DNA of 64,000 nucleotides from assembly GCA_963710235.1 (NCBI GenBank), contig CAVPZI010000009.1:119417-183416 (forward strand), given 5' to 3'. The notes under the pieces are model-generated. The model did no database searches. It had not been told where the DNA came from and saw only the letters and a program-made list of their open reading frames with translations. Shown here piece after piece: positions 7,367-17,374 of the stretch. The stretch comes from an uncultured Alphaproteobacteria bacterium (GTDB taxonomy: Bacteria > Pseudomonadota > Alphaproteobacteria > Rhizobiales > Xanthobacteraceae). A program made the position numbers and the translations under genes. Position 1 is the stretch's first letter. Each line of letters begins with the position of its first letter.

Positions 7367-9250
7367 ATGGCGAGGTCTGAAGAAATGAGTTCGGCGCAAC
7401 CGATATCGATCGTGCCCGGGGCTGATACGGCACGATTGCCACCTCGCGCCCATGCCCCGGACGCTGGCAAGGCATTAGATCCGCCGCCTGGCCAACTTGG
7501 CATGCAGCACAAGGCCGCAACGCCCCGGGACCAGCAGCCGGAGTTGTATGAGGCCGATCGTGCCTTCCACGCCGTGCTGGCACGGCTGACCGGCGGCATA
7601 TCGCCGGTCGCGCTGTCACTGGCCTGGATGGACTGGGCTTCGCATCTGGCGGCGGCGCCGCAGCGGCGACTGGAATTATCGCGGGACGCCTCGCGCGGCG
7701 CGAGACAGCTCCTGGAAGCTGCGCTTCATTGCTTTGCGCCCCAGCACGGACCCTGGTCCCTGATCGAGCCAAAGCCGCAGGATCGGCGCTTTGCCAAACC
7801 GGAATGGGAGCGGCCGCCGTTCAATCTGCTGGCGCAGGCGTTTTTGCTGAACGAGCAATGGTGGCACGGGGCGACCACCGGCGTGCGCGGCGTGGCACCG
7901 CGCAACGAAGCGATCGTCGAGTTCTCGGTGCGGCAGATGCTCGATATGCTGGCGCCATCCAATTTCGCCGCCACCAATCCCGAAGTACTGGACAGGGCGG
8001 CGCGAAGCGGCGGCGAGAATTTCGTGTCCGGCGGGCAGAACTGGTTCAGTGACTGGATGCAACTGCTGTCCGGCAAGCCGGCGGCGGACCAGGAGTTCGT
8101 TGTCGGCAAGACCGTCGCGGTGTCGCGCGGCAAGGTGGTATTCCGCAACGAACTGATCGAGCTGATCCAGTACACCCCGACCACGGCCAGGGTGCGTCCG
8201 GAACCGATCCTGATGGTTCCCGCCTGGATCATGAAATACTACATCCTTGACCTGTCGCCGCGAAACTCGCTGGTGAATTTCCTGGTCAATGAAGGCTACA
8301 CCGTCTTCATGATTTCGTGGCGCAATCCGACGGCTGCGGATCGCGATATCGCCTTCGACGACTATCGCAAACTCGGCGTGGACGCGGCGTTGGCGGCGAT
8401 CGGCGAAATCGTCCCGGGCCGTCAGGTTCATGGAATGGGCTATTGCCTGGGCGGGACATTGCTGTCGATTGCCGCCGCAACGATGGCGCGGGACGGCGAC
8501 GCCAGGCTGAAGTCGGTTACCCTGCTTGCGGCGCAGACCGATTTCACCGAAGCGGGCGAACTCACCCTGTTCATCAACGAGAGCCAGGTCGCGTTTCTCG
8601 AAGACATGATGTGCGAACGCGGCGTGCTCGACACCACCCAAATGGCGGGTGCGTTCCAGTTGCTGCGCTCGAACGATCTGATCTGGTCGAAGCTCAGCCG
8701 CGACTACCTGATGGGACAGCGGGCGCCGCCGAGCGACCTGATGGCCTGGAATGCCGACGCCACGCGCCTGCCGTGCCGGATGCATTCCGAATATCTGCGC
8801 AAGCTGTTCCTCGACAACGACCTGGCCGAGGGCCGCTATCAGGTGGAAGGAAGACCGGTCGCGCTGTCCGATATCCACGCGCCAATGTTCGTGGTTGGCA
8901 CGGTTCGCGACCACGTGGCACCCTGGAAGTCCACCTATAAGATCCATTATCAGGTCGACGCGGAGGTTACCTACCTGCTGGCCAGCGGCGGCCACAATGC
9001 GGGAATCGTCGCACCGCCCGGCGAGCCTGGCCACTCCTGCCAGGTCAAAACCAGGGCGAAGGATGGCCTCTATGTCGGCCCCGACGAATGGCTGAAGGCC
9101 GCCCGGAAGGTCGAAGGGTCATGGTGGCCGGAATGGGCAAGGTGGCTGGCCGCGCAGTCCGGCGAACCGTGCGATCCGCCGCGGATCGGTGCCGGGCGCA
9201 CCGATGGCCAGACGCTACCCGACGCGCCCGGCGACTACGTCAGGCTTTGA
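7367..9250 (+). CDS. phaC: Class I poly(3-hydroxyalkanoate) synthase
   Basis: 627 aa. Lipase-box GYCLGG with catalytic Cys. Conserved PhaC N-terminal region (LARLTGGISPVALSLAWMDW). True start may be internal. Confidence 0.9.
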   Translation: MARSEEMSSAQPISIVPGADTARLPPRAHAPDAGKALDPPPGQLGMQHKAATPRDQQPELYEADRAFHAVLARLTGGISPVALSLAWMDWASHLAAAPQRRLELSRDASRGARQLLEAALHCFAPQHGPWSLIEPKPQDRRFAKPEWERPPFNLLAQAFLLNEQWWHGATTGVRGVAPRNEAIVEFSVRQMLDMLAPSNFAATNPEVLDRAARSGGENFVSGGQNWFSDWMQLLSGKPAADQEFVVGKTVAVSRGKVVFRNELIELIQYTPTTARVRPEPILMVPAWIMKYYILDLSPRNSLVNFLVNEGYTVFMISWRNPTAADRDIAFDDYRKLGVDAALAAIGEIVPGRQVHGMGYCLGGTLLSIAAATMARDGDARLKSVTLLAAQTDFTEAGELTLFINESQVAFLEDMMCERGVLDTTQMAGAFQLLRSNDLIWSKLSRDYLMGQRAPPSDLMAWNADATRLPCRMHSEYLRKLFLDNDLAEGRYQVEGRPVALSDIHAPMFVVGTVRDHVAPWKSTYKIHYQVDAEVTYLLASGGHNAGIVAPPGEPGHSCQVKTRAKDGLYVGPDEWLKAARKVEGSWWPEWARWLAAQSGEPCDPPRIGAGRTDGQTLPDAPGDYVRL

Positions 9251-9252
9251 GG

Positions 9253-10128
9253 CTAAACCCGAAGCGGTTTTAGCGCGGCCAGTTCCCGGTACGCCGCGGC
9301 GGCGCGCTTTATCAGCCGTTTTTCACGCTTGCGGCGCGGAAATCGTGGGGCGGTGTCGACACTGTCGCGCCGCAGGGCGGCTGCAAGGGATTGGCCTATG
9401 GCGTCATCGTTCAACTGCCCGAGCACTTTTTGCGCCCGACGCAAATGCTTCAGCGCGGCCTTTTGCCGCGACAGCGCCTCGTTGCGGAACAGGTCCAGGA
9501 AAAATTCGGTCGAATAACAGGATTTCTTGTTGAGTAGGCGCAGCCGATGTCGCTTTTTCGTGGTCATCTTCCGGAGCTTTCGGCTCTTGTTCAGAAGCTT
9601 TTCCTGCCATTGCATCAATTTACCGGCACTGTAGGACGCGGTCGGGCACGCCCGCTGCCTGGCCACCCGCTTTCCCTTCCGGGTGGACCACGGTCCGCTC
9701 TCGATCCAGTCCGATGCGCTCTTGATCAGGCGCCGGTACTTCGCCGACCGAAGCGCCCGTGCCAGATCCCGGTGGCCCTCGGTTCGCCTTGCCTTAAAGG
9801 TGCGGGTGTCACCCAGCCGTGGTTCGCCGGCACCTTCAAGGCGCTTGATCGCGACATCGAGATCCCGCACGGCGCCAAGATGGGCATGCAGCCATTTCAG
9901 TTCGTGCCTTACTGGCGTCCGCCGGGAGTCGGCGACCATCGGCGAGAAAAACGAGATGGCGGCGCGCAGGCGGGCGAGCGCCACCCGCATCTGATGCAGC
10001 GCTTCGGCATCGCCTTCGCATGTAGCGGCATGATTTGCAGTCAAATCCGCCAGGCAGCGGCGCGCCACCACGCGAAACGCGGTGTCGCAGGCCATCACCG
10101 GATTCAACCGCGGCTGCGGCCGCGGCAT
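9253..10128 (-). CDS. CHAD domain-containing protein
   Basis: LHQMRVALARLRAAISFF and a repeated helical His-containing pattern typical of CHAD. ORF opens at 10194; ATG 10128 avoids overlap with the upstream gene. Confidence 0.7.
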   Translation of the reverse strand: MPRPQPRLNPVMACDTAFRVVARRCLADLTANHAATCEGDAEALHQMRVALARLRAAISFFSPMVADSRRTPVRHELKWLHAHLGAVRDLDVAIKRLEGAGEPRLGDTRTFKARRTEGHRDLARALRSAKYRRLIKSASDWIESGPWSTRKGKRVARQRACPTASYSAGKLMQWQEKLLNKSRKLRKMTTKKRHRLRLLNKKSCYSTEFFLDLFRNEALSRQKAALKHLRRAQKVLGQLNDDAIGQSLAAALRRDSVDTAPRFPRRKREKRLIKRAAAAYRELAALKPLRV

Positions 10129-10162
10129 CCTCCCGATGCGCGACGCAGCCTTATTTCCCGAT

Positions 10163-11713
10163 CTAGGCGATCGCGGCATGTCCTGAGCCCTCACGATACG
10201 TGATTCGAAGCTGGCACTGCTGCAAGGTCAATTCGGGCGTTCCGGAGGCATCGATGATGTCCCAGTCGATCGCGCCGATATCATAGCGTTCCTGCAGCCC
10301 GGCGATCTCGGGCGTCGCGTCGGATGCATCGCGCTGCCGGCGGCCGACGCGGCCCTGCCTGGTCGCAAGATCGGCCTTTAGAAAAAGCCCGGCAAACCCG
10401 ACGTTCAGCTTTCGCGCCACGTCGCGGATCGCGGCCCGCTCGGCCTGACGCGCAAACACCGCGTCGACGACGACGGAGTGGCCCTCGGAAAGAACCTGCG
10501 AGGCGTGCTGGACCAGACGCTGGTAAATGGTCGCGGTCATCTCCGGCTGGTATGCGACTTCGGGCAGCCGATCCGTTTCATCGACGCCGAATTCCTGCTT
10601 TCGCAGCACATCGGTGCGCAACACGACGGCTCCTGGCTGCGGCAGGACGATGGGAGCAAGGCCGCGCGCCAGAACCGATTTCCCGGTTCCGGACAACCCG
10701 CCAACAGCGACGAGCGTCGGCGCCGGGGGATGGATCAACTGCCGCGCAAGCCCGAAATAGCCCTGGGCGGTGTCGCGAGAGGTCCCGCCAGGACGGGCCA
10801 GCAGCACCTTGGCGCGGATCGCCGCGCGCAGCGACATGAACAACGGCAACGCCTTGAGCGCGGCGGCATGCTCGAGCGATGCCGCCTTCAGATAGCCGTT
10901 GAGCAGGGCGTTGGCGGCGGCATGCCGGCCGTAGTGAAGCAAATCCATCACCGGGAACGCGAGATCGTAGACAACATCGACCGATGCAATGACGGGATCG
11001 AATTCGATCGCATCGAACAGGACGGGCTTGTGCCCGATCAGGACGATGTTCGCCAGATGCAGGTCGCCGTGGCACCGCCGCACATGTCCCTGCCCGCCGC
11101 GCTGCTCCAGCAAGCTCCGGACCCGAGAAAACGCCGATTGCGATGCCTGGTCGAGGTCGTCGACATCGCTGGCGGGAAAACAGGCCGCGGTTCGGAAAGC
11201 CGTGGTATTGTCGTCGATGAAGGTCGGGATCGATTGGATCCAGGGCTCGGCCGGCGCCGGCGGCGCGACGGCATGGGAGGCCGCGATGGCGTCGGCCATG
11301 GCCGCAACGAGGTCGCGATCCGGCTCGCCGGCCTCCGCCAGGTGATCGACGGTCTGGCGTTCGTCGAAGCGGGTCATTTCGACCGCATATTCGACCGGCA
11401 CGCCATCGCCATCGATGCCCAGCGATCCATCGTCAGCCTGCGTGATCGCGACGACGCGACGGTAGATTTGCGGCGCGAACCGACTGTTGATCTTCAATTC
11501 CTCATCGCAAGCGGCTTTCCGCTTCGCCAGCGTCGAGTAATCGAGGAATGGAAAACGGACGGCACGCTTGATCTTCAGCGCGCGGGTGCCTTCGAGAAAC
11601 ACCGATGCCGCATGGGTATCGATGCGGTGGACATCCTTGTGCCTTGCCGGATCGGTCAGGAATGCGAAAACGCGCTCCTGCAGGCGTGAGGTGGCGGTTG
11701 TTGAAGCGGTCAT
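10163..11713 (-). CDS. Bifunctional aminoglycoside-phosphotransferase-like / P-loop ATP-binding protein
   Basis: 516 aa. APH-like HGDLHLANIVL catalytic loop in the N-terminal half; P-loop GGLSGTGKS in the C-terminal half. Confidence 0.75.
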   Translation of the reverse strand: MTASTTATSRLQERVFAFLTDPARHKDVHRIDTHAASVFLEGTRALKIKRAVRFPFLDYSTLAKRKAACDEELKINSRFAPQIYRRVVAITQADDGSLGIDGDGVPVEYAVEMTRFDERQTVDHLAEAGEPDRDLVAAMADAIAASHAVAPPAPAEPWIQSIPTFIDDNTTAFRTAACFPASDVDDLDQASQSAFSRVRSLLEQRGGQGHVRRCHGDLHLANIVLIGHKPVLFDAIEFDPVIASVDVVYDLAFPVMDLLHYGRHAAANALLNGYLKAASLEHAAALKALPLFMSLRAAIRAKVLLARPGGTSRDTAQGYFGLARQLIHPPAPTLVAVGGLSGTGKSVLARGLAPIVLPQPGAVVLRTDVLRKQEFGVDETDRLPEVAYQPEMTATIYQRLVQHASQVLSEGHSVVVDAVFARQAERAAIRDVARKLNVGFAGLFLKADLATRQGRVGRRQRDASDATPEIAGLQERYDIGAIDWDIIDASGTPELTLQQCQLRITYREGSGHAAIA

Positions 11714-11716
11714 GCG

Positions 11717-11810
11717 CCGTAGATTCTACTGTTGGCGCATGTCCTTGTCGGCGAACCGGATCCACCCTCGGATCAAGTCCGAGGGCATGCTTCGCCGGGA
11801 CATGCGCTAG
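11717..11810. repeat. REP-like element, family B (GGCGCATGTCC...GGACATGCGC), long variant
   Basis: Near-identical to 37976..38044, with an extra internal cctcggatcaagtccgagggcatgc segment. Supplies the adh stop codon. Confidence 0.8.
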
Positions 11811-12790
11811 GGTTCGAGCACCGCGGCGCCCAGGATTTGTCCGGTCCGCAGTTTTTGCAGCACCTCGTTGGCCTCGCCAAGCGGGAATGCCGTCGTCCGG
11901 GTGCGGATTCCGGCCTTTGGGACGATTTTCAGAAAATCCAGCCCGTCCTGGCGCGTGAGGTTGGCGACCGACACCAGCTGTCTTTCTTCCCACAGAAGAC
12001 CATAGGAAAAGCCTGGAATATCACTCATGTGGATTCCAGCGCATACCACCCGGCCGCCCTTGCGAACCGCGCGCAGCGCCGCCGGCACCAGTTCGCCGGC
12101 GGGAGCGTAGATGATGGCGGCATCGAGAGGGGTATCGGGCAGCTGATCCGAGGATCCGGCCCACGCCGCGCCGAGCCGGCGGGCAAAGTCCTGCGCCGCG
12201 ATGTCGCCGGACCGGGTGAAGGCATAGACCGACCGGCCCTGCCAGCGCGCGATCTGGGCGACGATGTGCCCTGCTGCGCCGAAGCCATAGATGCCGAGCC
12301 GCCCGGCATCGCCCGCCATCACCAGCGACCGCCAACCGATCAGGCCGGCGCACAACAAGGGTGCGATCGAAACATCATCGCCGTCTTCGCCGAGCGGGAA
12401 AGCGTAGCGGGCGTCGGCGATGGTGTGGGTGGCGAAGCCACCGTCGCGCGTGTAGCCGGTGAAAAGCGGATGATCGCAGAGATTTTCCATGCCCTCCCGG
12501 CAAAACCTGCAGGCGCCGCAGGTGTATCCGAGCCAGGGGATACCGACCCGGTCACCCGGGCGATGGGTCGTGACGTCGCCGCCGACGAGATCGACGCGGC
12601 CGACGATTTCGTGGCCGGGCACGATGGGATACCTGATGCCGGGAAGCTCGGCGTCGACCACATGAAGATCGGTCCGGCAAACGCCGCACGCACTCACCCT
12701 GACACGGATCTCTCCGTTGCCGGGGACGGGATCGGCGCGCTCGACCATTTCAAGAGCCACGTCCGGAGCAGGCAACACCATGGCGCGCAT
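11807..12790 (-). CDS. Zinc-dependent alcohol dehydrogenase (MDR family)
   Basis: MRAMVLPAP...GEIRVRVSACGVCRTDLHVVD, plus the structural Zn motif CGACRFC. ORF opens at 12871 but the homologous start is 12790. Confidence 0.85.
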   Translation of the reverse strand: MRAMVLPAPDVALEMVERADPVPGNGEIRVRVSACGVCRTDLHVVDAELPGIRYPIVPGHEIVGRVDLVGGDVTTHRPGDRVGIPWLGYTCGACRFCREGMENLCDHPLFTGYTRDGGFATHTIADARYAFPLGEDGDDVSIAPLLCAGLIGWRSLVMAGDAGRLGIYGFGAAGHIVAQIARWQGRSVYAFTRSGDIAAQDFARRLGAAWAGSSDQLPDTPLDAAIIYAPAGELVPAALRAVRKGGRVVCAGIHMSDIPGFSYGLLWEERQLVSVANLTRQDGLDFLKIVPKAGIRTRTTAFPLGEANEVLQKLRTGQILGAAVLEP

Positions 12791-12857
12791 CGGTTTCTCC
12801 AGAAGGAACCGGCAACACGGGGCCGGATCATACATAAGGCCGCAAGCCGGTGAACCC

Positions 12858-12871
12858 CTGACCTCGATCAA
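12858..12871. promoter_or_regulatory. Degenerate FixK-type box CTGACCTCGATCAA
   Basis: One perfect half-site (ATCAA) and one imperfect. 68-81 bp upstream of the adh ATG. Confidence 0.4.
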
Positions 12872-12903
12872 ATCAGGATGGCCGGCGTGGCCGGCAATTC
12901 GCC

Positions 12904-12917
12904 TTGATGAAGATCAA
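12904..12917. promoter_or_regulatory. FixK/FNR-type box TTGATGAAGATCAA
   Basis: Perfect TTGAT-N4-ATCAA in the adh/pat divergent intergenic region, 83 bp upstream of ATG 13000. Confidence 0.7.
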
Positions 12918-12999
12918 TCATGATTGTCCGCAAACACTTACCGTGAAGCCAAAGCAGTGCCACAAGCGCACGCCCGCCCCAGCCGGACGATTTGACCTG

Positions 13000-15702
13000 A
13001 TGTCGACCTATCGCCTCAAAAACCTGCTCGCGCCCCGTTCGGTCGCGCTGGTCGGAGCAAGCCCGCGGCCCGGATCGGTCGGGCGGGCCATTCTCGGCAA
13101 TATCCGCAAGGCGAAATTCAACGGCCAGTTTGGCCTGGTGAATTCGCACCATCCCGAGATCGATGGCGTTGCCACGGTCAGTCGCCTGGGGCAATTGCCT
13201 TTTGTCCCCGAGCTCGTGGTGATCACGGCGCCGGCGGCGGCAGTCCCAGGTCTCATCGATGAGGCGGGAGCTCTCGGCGCCGCTGGCGCCCTGATCGTCG
13301 CCGCCGGGCTTGGCCATGGCGCGGGATCACCGGCGGAAGCTGCCGGGCGCGCCGCCCGTCGATATGGCATGCGACTGATCGGCCCGAACTGCCTTGGCAT
13401 CATGATGCCCGGCGCGACGCTCAATGCGAGCTTCGCCGCGCACATGCCGGCTGCGGGAAATCTCGCGCTGATCTCGCAGTCCGGCGCCATTGCCGCCGGC
13501 ATGGTGGATTGGGCGGCGCAGCGCGGGGTGGGGTTTTCCGGGATGGTGTCCATCGGCGACCAGCTCGACGTCGATATCGCCGATCTGCTCGATTTCTTCG
13601 CGCTCGACGGCAAGACGCGCGCCATCCTGCTCTATGTCGAAGCCATCAAGGACGCCCGCAAGTTCATGTCCGCGGCGCGTGCGGCGGCAAGGATCAAGCC
13701 TGTCGTCGTCGTCAAGTCCGGCCGCATGGCGCAGGGGGCGAAGGCGGCCGCGACCCACACCGGCGCGCTGGCCGGTTCGGACGCGGTCTATGACGCTGCA
13801 TTCCGTCGCGCCGGGATCCTGCGGGTATCGGATCTTCGCGAGTTGTTCGACTGCGCCGAGACGCTAGGGCGGGTCGAACAGCCTTCGGGCAAGCGGCTGG
13901 CGATCCTGACCAATGGCGGTGGCATCGGTGTGCTTGCCGTCGATCGGCTGGTCGAGCTCGGCGGTGCCCCTGCCACGATCGAACCTGCCATCCGCGAAAG
14001 CCTTGACGCGGTTCTGCCGCCGACATGGTCCGGATCGAATCCCATCGATATCGTTGGCGATGCCGACGCCGCACGCTATGCTGCAGCACTCAGGGTGTTG
14101 CTGGCCGACGCGGGCAACGACGCAATCCTGGTGATGAACGTTCAGACCGCGATTGCTCCGGCTGACCAGATCGCAGCTACCGTGACCGACATCGTCGGCA
14201 AGTACCGCCAGCAGCACCTCGGCTCGGCCAAACCGGTGCTCGCGGTCTGGGTCGGCGCGGACCAGAAGATCATTGATCTTTTAAACGGCGCCGGGATTCC
14301 GAACTACCCGACCGAAGACGATGCGGTGCGCGGCTTCATGCATTTGGTAAGGCATCGCGAGGTTACGGCCACGCTGGCGCAGGTCCCGCCGGCGATGCCC
14401 GGCGAATTTGCGCCCGATTGCGATGCTGCCCGGCAAATCGTCGCAGCGGCGCTATCCGACGGCCGCCAGTGGCTCGACCCCGTTGAGATCGCGCGGTTGT
14501 TCGCCGCCTACGACATTCCGATGGTGCCGACCTATGCGGCTGCGGATGTCGAGCAGGCGGTCGCCCACGCGGCGCCGTTGTTTGCGCAAGGCTCGACCGT
14601 TGCCCTCAAGATCATGTCGCGAGACATCATCCACAAATCCGACGTCGGCGGCGTCGTGCTCAATCTTACCAACGTCGATGCCGTGCGCGGGGCGATGGCC
14701 GACATCCTCGCACGGGCGAAATCGCTGCGTCCCGAGGCGAGGATTTCCGGTGTCATCGTGCAGGCCATGGTGGTACGGCCCAAGGCCCGTGAACTGATTC
14801 TTGGACTTGCCGACGATCCGACCTTCGGCACCGTCATCGTGTTCGGGCACGGCGGCACGGCGGTCGAAATCATCAACGACAAGGCGCTGGCGCTTCCGCC
14901 GCTCGATCTGCGATTGGCCCGAGACCTGATCGAGCGCACCCGTGTCTCGCGGCTGCTGCGCGCCTATCGCGACGTTACGGGGGTCAAGCACGACGCGGTC
15001 GCGATGGTTCTGGTCAAGTTGGCGCAGATGGCGGCGGATATTCCGGAGATCCGGGAGCTTGATATCAATCCCTTGCTGGCGGATGAAGGAGGCGTGCTGG
15101 TGGTGGATGCGCGCGTCGCCGTGGGATCGGCCAAACCAAAGTTCGCCGGTTCAGGTCCCGCCAATTTCGCGGTGCGGCCGTATCCGTCGCAATGGCAGCG
15201 GCATCTTGAAGTGAAGAACGGCTGGCGGATCTTTGCGCGCCCGATTCGCCCGGAAGACGAACCGCTGATCCACGGCTTCCTGCTGCACGTCACCAGCCAG
15301 GATTTTCGGATGCGCTTCTTCGCACCGATGAAGGAGTTTCCACACGCATTCATCGCCCGGCTGGCGCAACTCGATTATGCCCGTGCGATGGCCTTTGTCG
15401 CGTTCGACGAAGCCACAGGCGAACTGGTTGGCGTGGTTCGGATTCACTCGGATTCGATCTACGAGAACGGTGAATACGCCATCCTGCTCAGGTCCGATCT
15501 CAAGGGCAGAGGGCTGGGCTGGGCCTTGATGCAGCTGATCATCGAATACGCCAAATCCGAAGGACTGAAACGCATATCGGGCCAGGTGCTTCAGGAAAAC
15601 CAGGCAATGCTGAACATGTGCCGGGAGCTCGGTTTCGCGGTAAAGTCCGATGCGACGGATTATACGGTCTGCGATGTAACGCTGGAATTAAGCAAGACAT
15701 GA
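13000..15702 (+). CDS. Pat-like bifunctional ADP-forming acetyl/acyl-CoA synthetase family protein / GNAT N-acetyltransferase
   Basis: About 900 aa. N-terminal CoA-binding LLAPRSVALVGASPRPGSVG, ATP-grasp middle, C-terminal GNAT (LRSDLKGRGLGWALMQLIIEYA). Confidence 0.85.
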   Translation: MSTYRLKNLLAPRSVALVGASPRPGSVGRAILGNIRKAKFNGQFGLVNSHHPEIDGVATVSRLGQLPFVPELVVITAPAAAVPGLIDEAGALGAAGALIVAAGLGHGAGSPAEAAGRAARRYGMRLIGPNCLGIMMPGATLNASFAAHMPAAGNLALISQSGAIAAGMVDWAAQRGVGFSGMVSIGDQLDVDIADLLDFFALDGKTRAILLYVEAIKDARKFMSAARAAARIKPVVVVKSGRMAQGAKAAATHTGALAGSDAVYDAAFRRAGILRVSDLRELFDCAETLGRVEQPSGKRLAILTNGGGIGVLAVDRLVELGGAPATIEPAIRESLDAVLPPTWSGSNPIDIVGDADAARYAAALRVLLADAGNDAILVMNVQTAIAPADQIAATVTDIVGKYRQQHLGSAKPVLAVWVGADQKIIDLLNGAGIPNYPTEDDAVRGFMHLVRHREVTATLAQVPPAMPGEFAPDCDAARQIVAAALSDGRQWLDPVEIARLFAAYDIPMVPTYAAADVEQAVAHAAPLFAQGSTVALKIMSRDIIHKSDVGGVVLNLTNVDAVRGAMADILARAKSLRPEARISGVIVQAMVVRPKARELILGLADDPTFGTVIVFGHGGTAVEIINDKALALPPLDLRLARDLIERTRVSRLLRAYRDVTGVKHDAVAMVLVKLAQMAADIPEIRELDINPLLADEGGVLVVDARVAVGSAKPKFAGSGPANFAVRPYPSQWQRHLEVKNGWRIFARPIRPEDEPLIHGFLLHVTSQDFRMRFFAPMKEFPHAFIARLAQLDYARAMAFVAFDEATGELVGVVRIHSDSIYENGEYAILLRSDLKGRGLGWALMQLIIEYAKSEGLKRISGQVLQENQAMLNMCRELGFAVKSDATDYTVCDVTLELSKT

Positions 15703-16001
15703 AGACAGGCAGAAACCTCGGCTGCCGAATCTCCCGGATCGTCAACGGGGATGGATCGTACGCCCAAGCCTCTTGACCCGGCTCGACAGCACCACCAGCA
15801 CGACCAGGACCATCCCGAGTAAACCGATGTTCTGGGCCGACATCAAAGCGAAGGCGACCTGGATTTGCCAATTTGATTGTTCGCCCTCCGCGACCGGCGC
15901 GACATTCGGCACGATCAGGATGCGAGCCAGATAAGCGGCTGCAAAGATCGAGGCGAACGGCAGCAGGGATTTGAGAAAAGCAGGCAGTTGGCTTTCCGCG
16001 A

Positions 16002-16412
16002 CTACAGGCGATCGACCGATGCGACGCGGTAGGTGTGCAACTTGCCGGCTTCGTTGATCGAGACATATTCGCCGGGTATGAAACGCTCTTCGGCGAAGTG
16101 AAACCCGGCCTCGTCCGGCGTATGGGCCCCGGCAACGTAGTGCAACACCCAGCCGCCACCCTGACGATGCACCAGATGACCATGGTCGTCCTCCCGGCCC
16201 GGCCGCAATCGCGCGATCCGGCATGCCTCGCGGTGCTGCCGCCAAAGCACAGGGTCGATCCGGTCGTCGGCATCGAGCGGTGCGACGATGACATAGGCGA
16301 CGTCGGCGTCGCCCTCGGGGTGGCCGGGCTCGCGTGCGAGTTCGATCCGGATCCGGCGAAACCGCGCCGGAAGGGATGCATTCAGGATCGGCCTGGAACC
16401 GGCGTCTAGCAT
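16002..16412 (-). CDS. Conserved hypothetical protein, last gene of the YqjD-like operon
   Basis: GAGGAG RBS before ATG 16412. 136 aa, no recognisable motif. Codon usage is typical of the window. Confidence 0.55.
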   Translation of the reverse strand: MLDAGSRPILNASLPARFRRIRIELAREPGHPEGDADVAYVIVAPLDADDRIDPVLWRQHREACRIARLRPGREDDHGHLVHRQGGGWVLHYVAGAHTPDEAGFHFAEERFIPGEYVSINEAGKLHTYRVASVDRL

Positions 16413-16459
16413 GTTGGTTCGCTCCTCGTTTGTGGTCCGGGCCAACCGCGGCCCCACGA

Positions 16460-16939
16460 TTACTTCTGCTCTGCCGCGGGGGCAGCTGCAGCCGGCTTCT
16501 TCAGGCTCCTGATGATGATCGTAAGCAGCGGCAGGATCAGCAAGGGCAGGATGCCGTTCAACGGGTGATGGATCATTCCGGACGCCTGCGCGTGCAGCGC
16601 CCGCGCCTCGAGCTGCAGCGCATCGACCGAGGAACCGTGGATTTCGGTCGCGAGCCCGAGTTCACGCCCGCTCGGCGGCCGTGCCGCGATCACGAACAGA
16701 AGGGCGGCAACCGCGAAGTTGAACGCGCCGAGAATGGCCGCCGCCGCAATCGCGCTCCAGACCTGCACCAGCGCGAAATAGGCCGCCAGCTCCAGCATCA
16801 GCAGCCCGAACGCCGCGATCAACGCGGCAAAAGCCCGCAGACCAAGCCCGACGAGCAGGTGCCGCAGCCGGATATCGGCGATGATCCGGTCGGTGCGCCA
16901 GAGGATCCGAAGATGGTTGACGACATTGTCGGTGTTCAC
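16460..16939 (-). CDS. Holin-X/YqjE-like (phage holin family) membrane protein
   Basis: 159 aa with two long hydrophobic helices (LGLRAFAALIAAFGLLMLELAAYFALV; AAAILGAFNFAVAALLFVIAA). Sits directly after a DUF883 gene, as in yqjD-yqjE. Confidence 0.65.
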   Translation of the reverse strand: MNTDNVVNHLRILWRTDRIIADIRLRHLLVGLGLRAFAALIAAFGLLMLELAAYFALVQVWSAIAAAAILGAFNFAVAALLFVIAARPPSGRELGLATEIHGSSVDALQLEARALHAQASGMIHHPLNGILPLLILPLLTIIIRSLKKPAAAAPAAEQK

Positions 16940-16940
16940 C

Positions 16941-17216
16941 CTAGTGCCTCCTCAACATGAAGCCGACAACGACGCCGAGCGCGAAAGCAGACGCGAGCGA
17001 GGCGATGGGGCGACCCGATATGATATTCCCGACATGGTCGTCCTGTTCGCTCAAGGTCGCGCCGAGATCATCCAGCACCGCCTTGATCCGGTCGGCGAGA
17101 GCATCGGTGCGATGTTTTGCGGTGTCGAAAATGCCCTCGCCCGTTGTGTTAAGGAGGCGCGCCATGTCGCCCTGCAGCGCCTGCAGCTCCTCTCTCAGCT
17201 CGTCCGAGTCGAACAT
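16941..17216 (-). CDS. DUF883 (ElaB/YqjD/YgaM) family membrane-anchored stress protein
   Basis: 91 aa. Helical N-terminus and C-terminal anchor PIASLASAFALGVVVGFMLRR, characteristic of the ElaB/YqjD family. Confidence 0.75.
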   Translation of the reverse strand: MFDSDELREELQALQGDMARLLNTTGEGIFDTAKHRTDALADRIKAVLDDLGATLSEQDDHVGNIISGRPIASLASAFALGVVVGFMLRRH

Positions 17217-17276
17217 CGGTCCTGCCCCTGTCGCATCATTCGGCGGGAAGTCTATGGCCAGGCCACGCCGGAACGA

Positions 17277-17290
17277 TTGATATGCGTCAA
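17277..17290. promoter_or_regulatory. FixK/FNR-type box TTGATATGCGTCAA
   Basis: TTGA-N6-TCAA, 61 bp upstream of the DUF883 ATG (17216, minus strand). Confidence 0.65.
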
Positions 17291-17374
17291 AATCCCACCC
17301 CTCCCCGATCCTTGCCCGTCTTGAGGTAGGTCAATCTGGGCGCCGCCCCGGGGTCTAGAAGGCAAGTATCCGAT

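Noticed and set aside
15742-16001. Possible two-TM small protein (…LPAFLKSLLPFASIFAAAYLARILIV…IGLLGMVLVVLVVLSSRVKRL…) downstream of 16002..16412.
   Set aside because: There is no ATG/GTG with an RBS at a sensible position. The only in-frame upstream Met lies deep inside the neighbouring gene. It could be real if another indel is present, but this is not supportable as is.
16460-16939. A 'phage holin family' protein as evidence of a prophage.
   Set aside because: It sits in a yqjD-yqjE-like stress operon with a FixK box. No phage structural, lysis or integrase genes are nearby.
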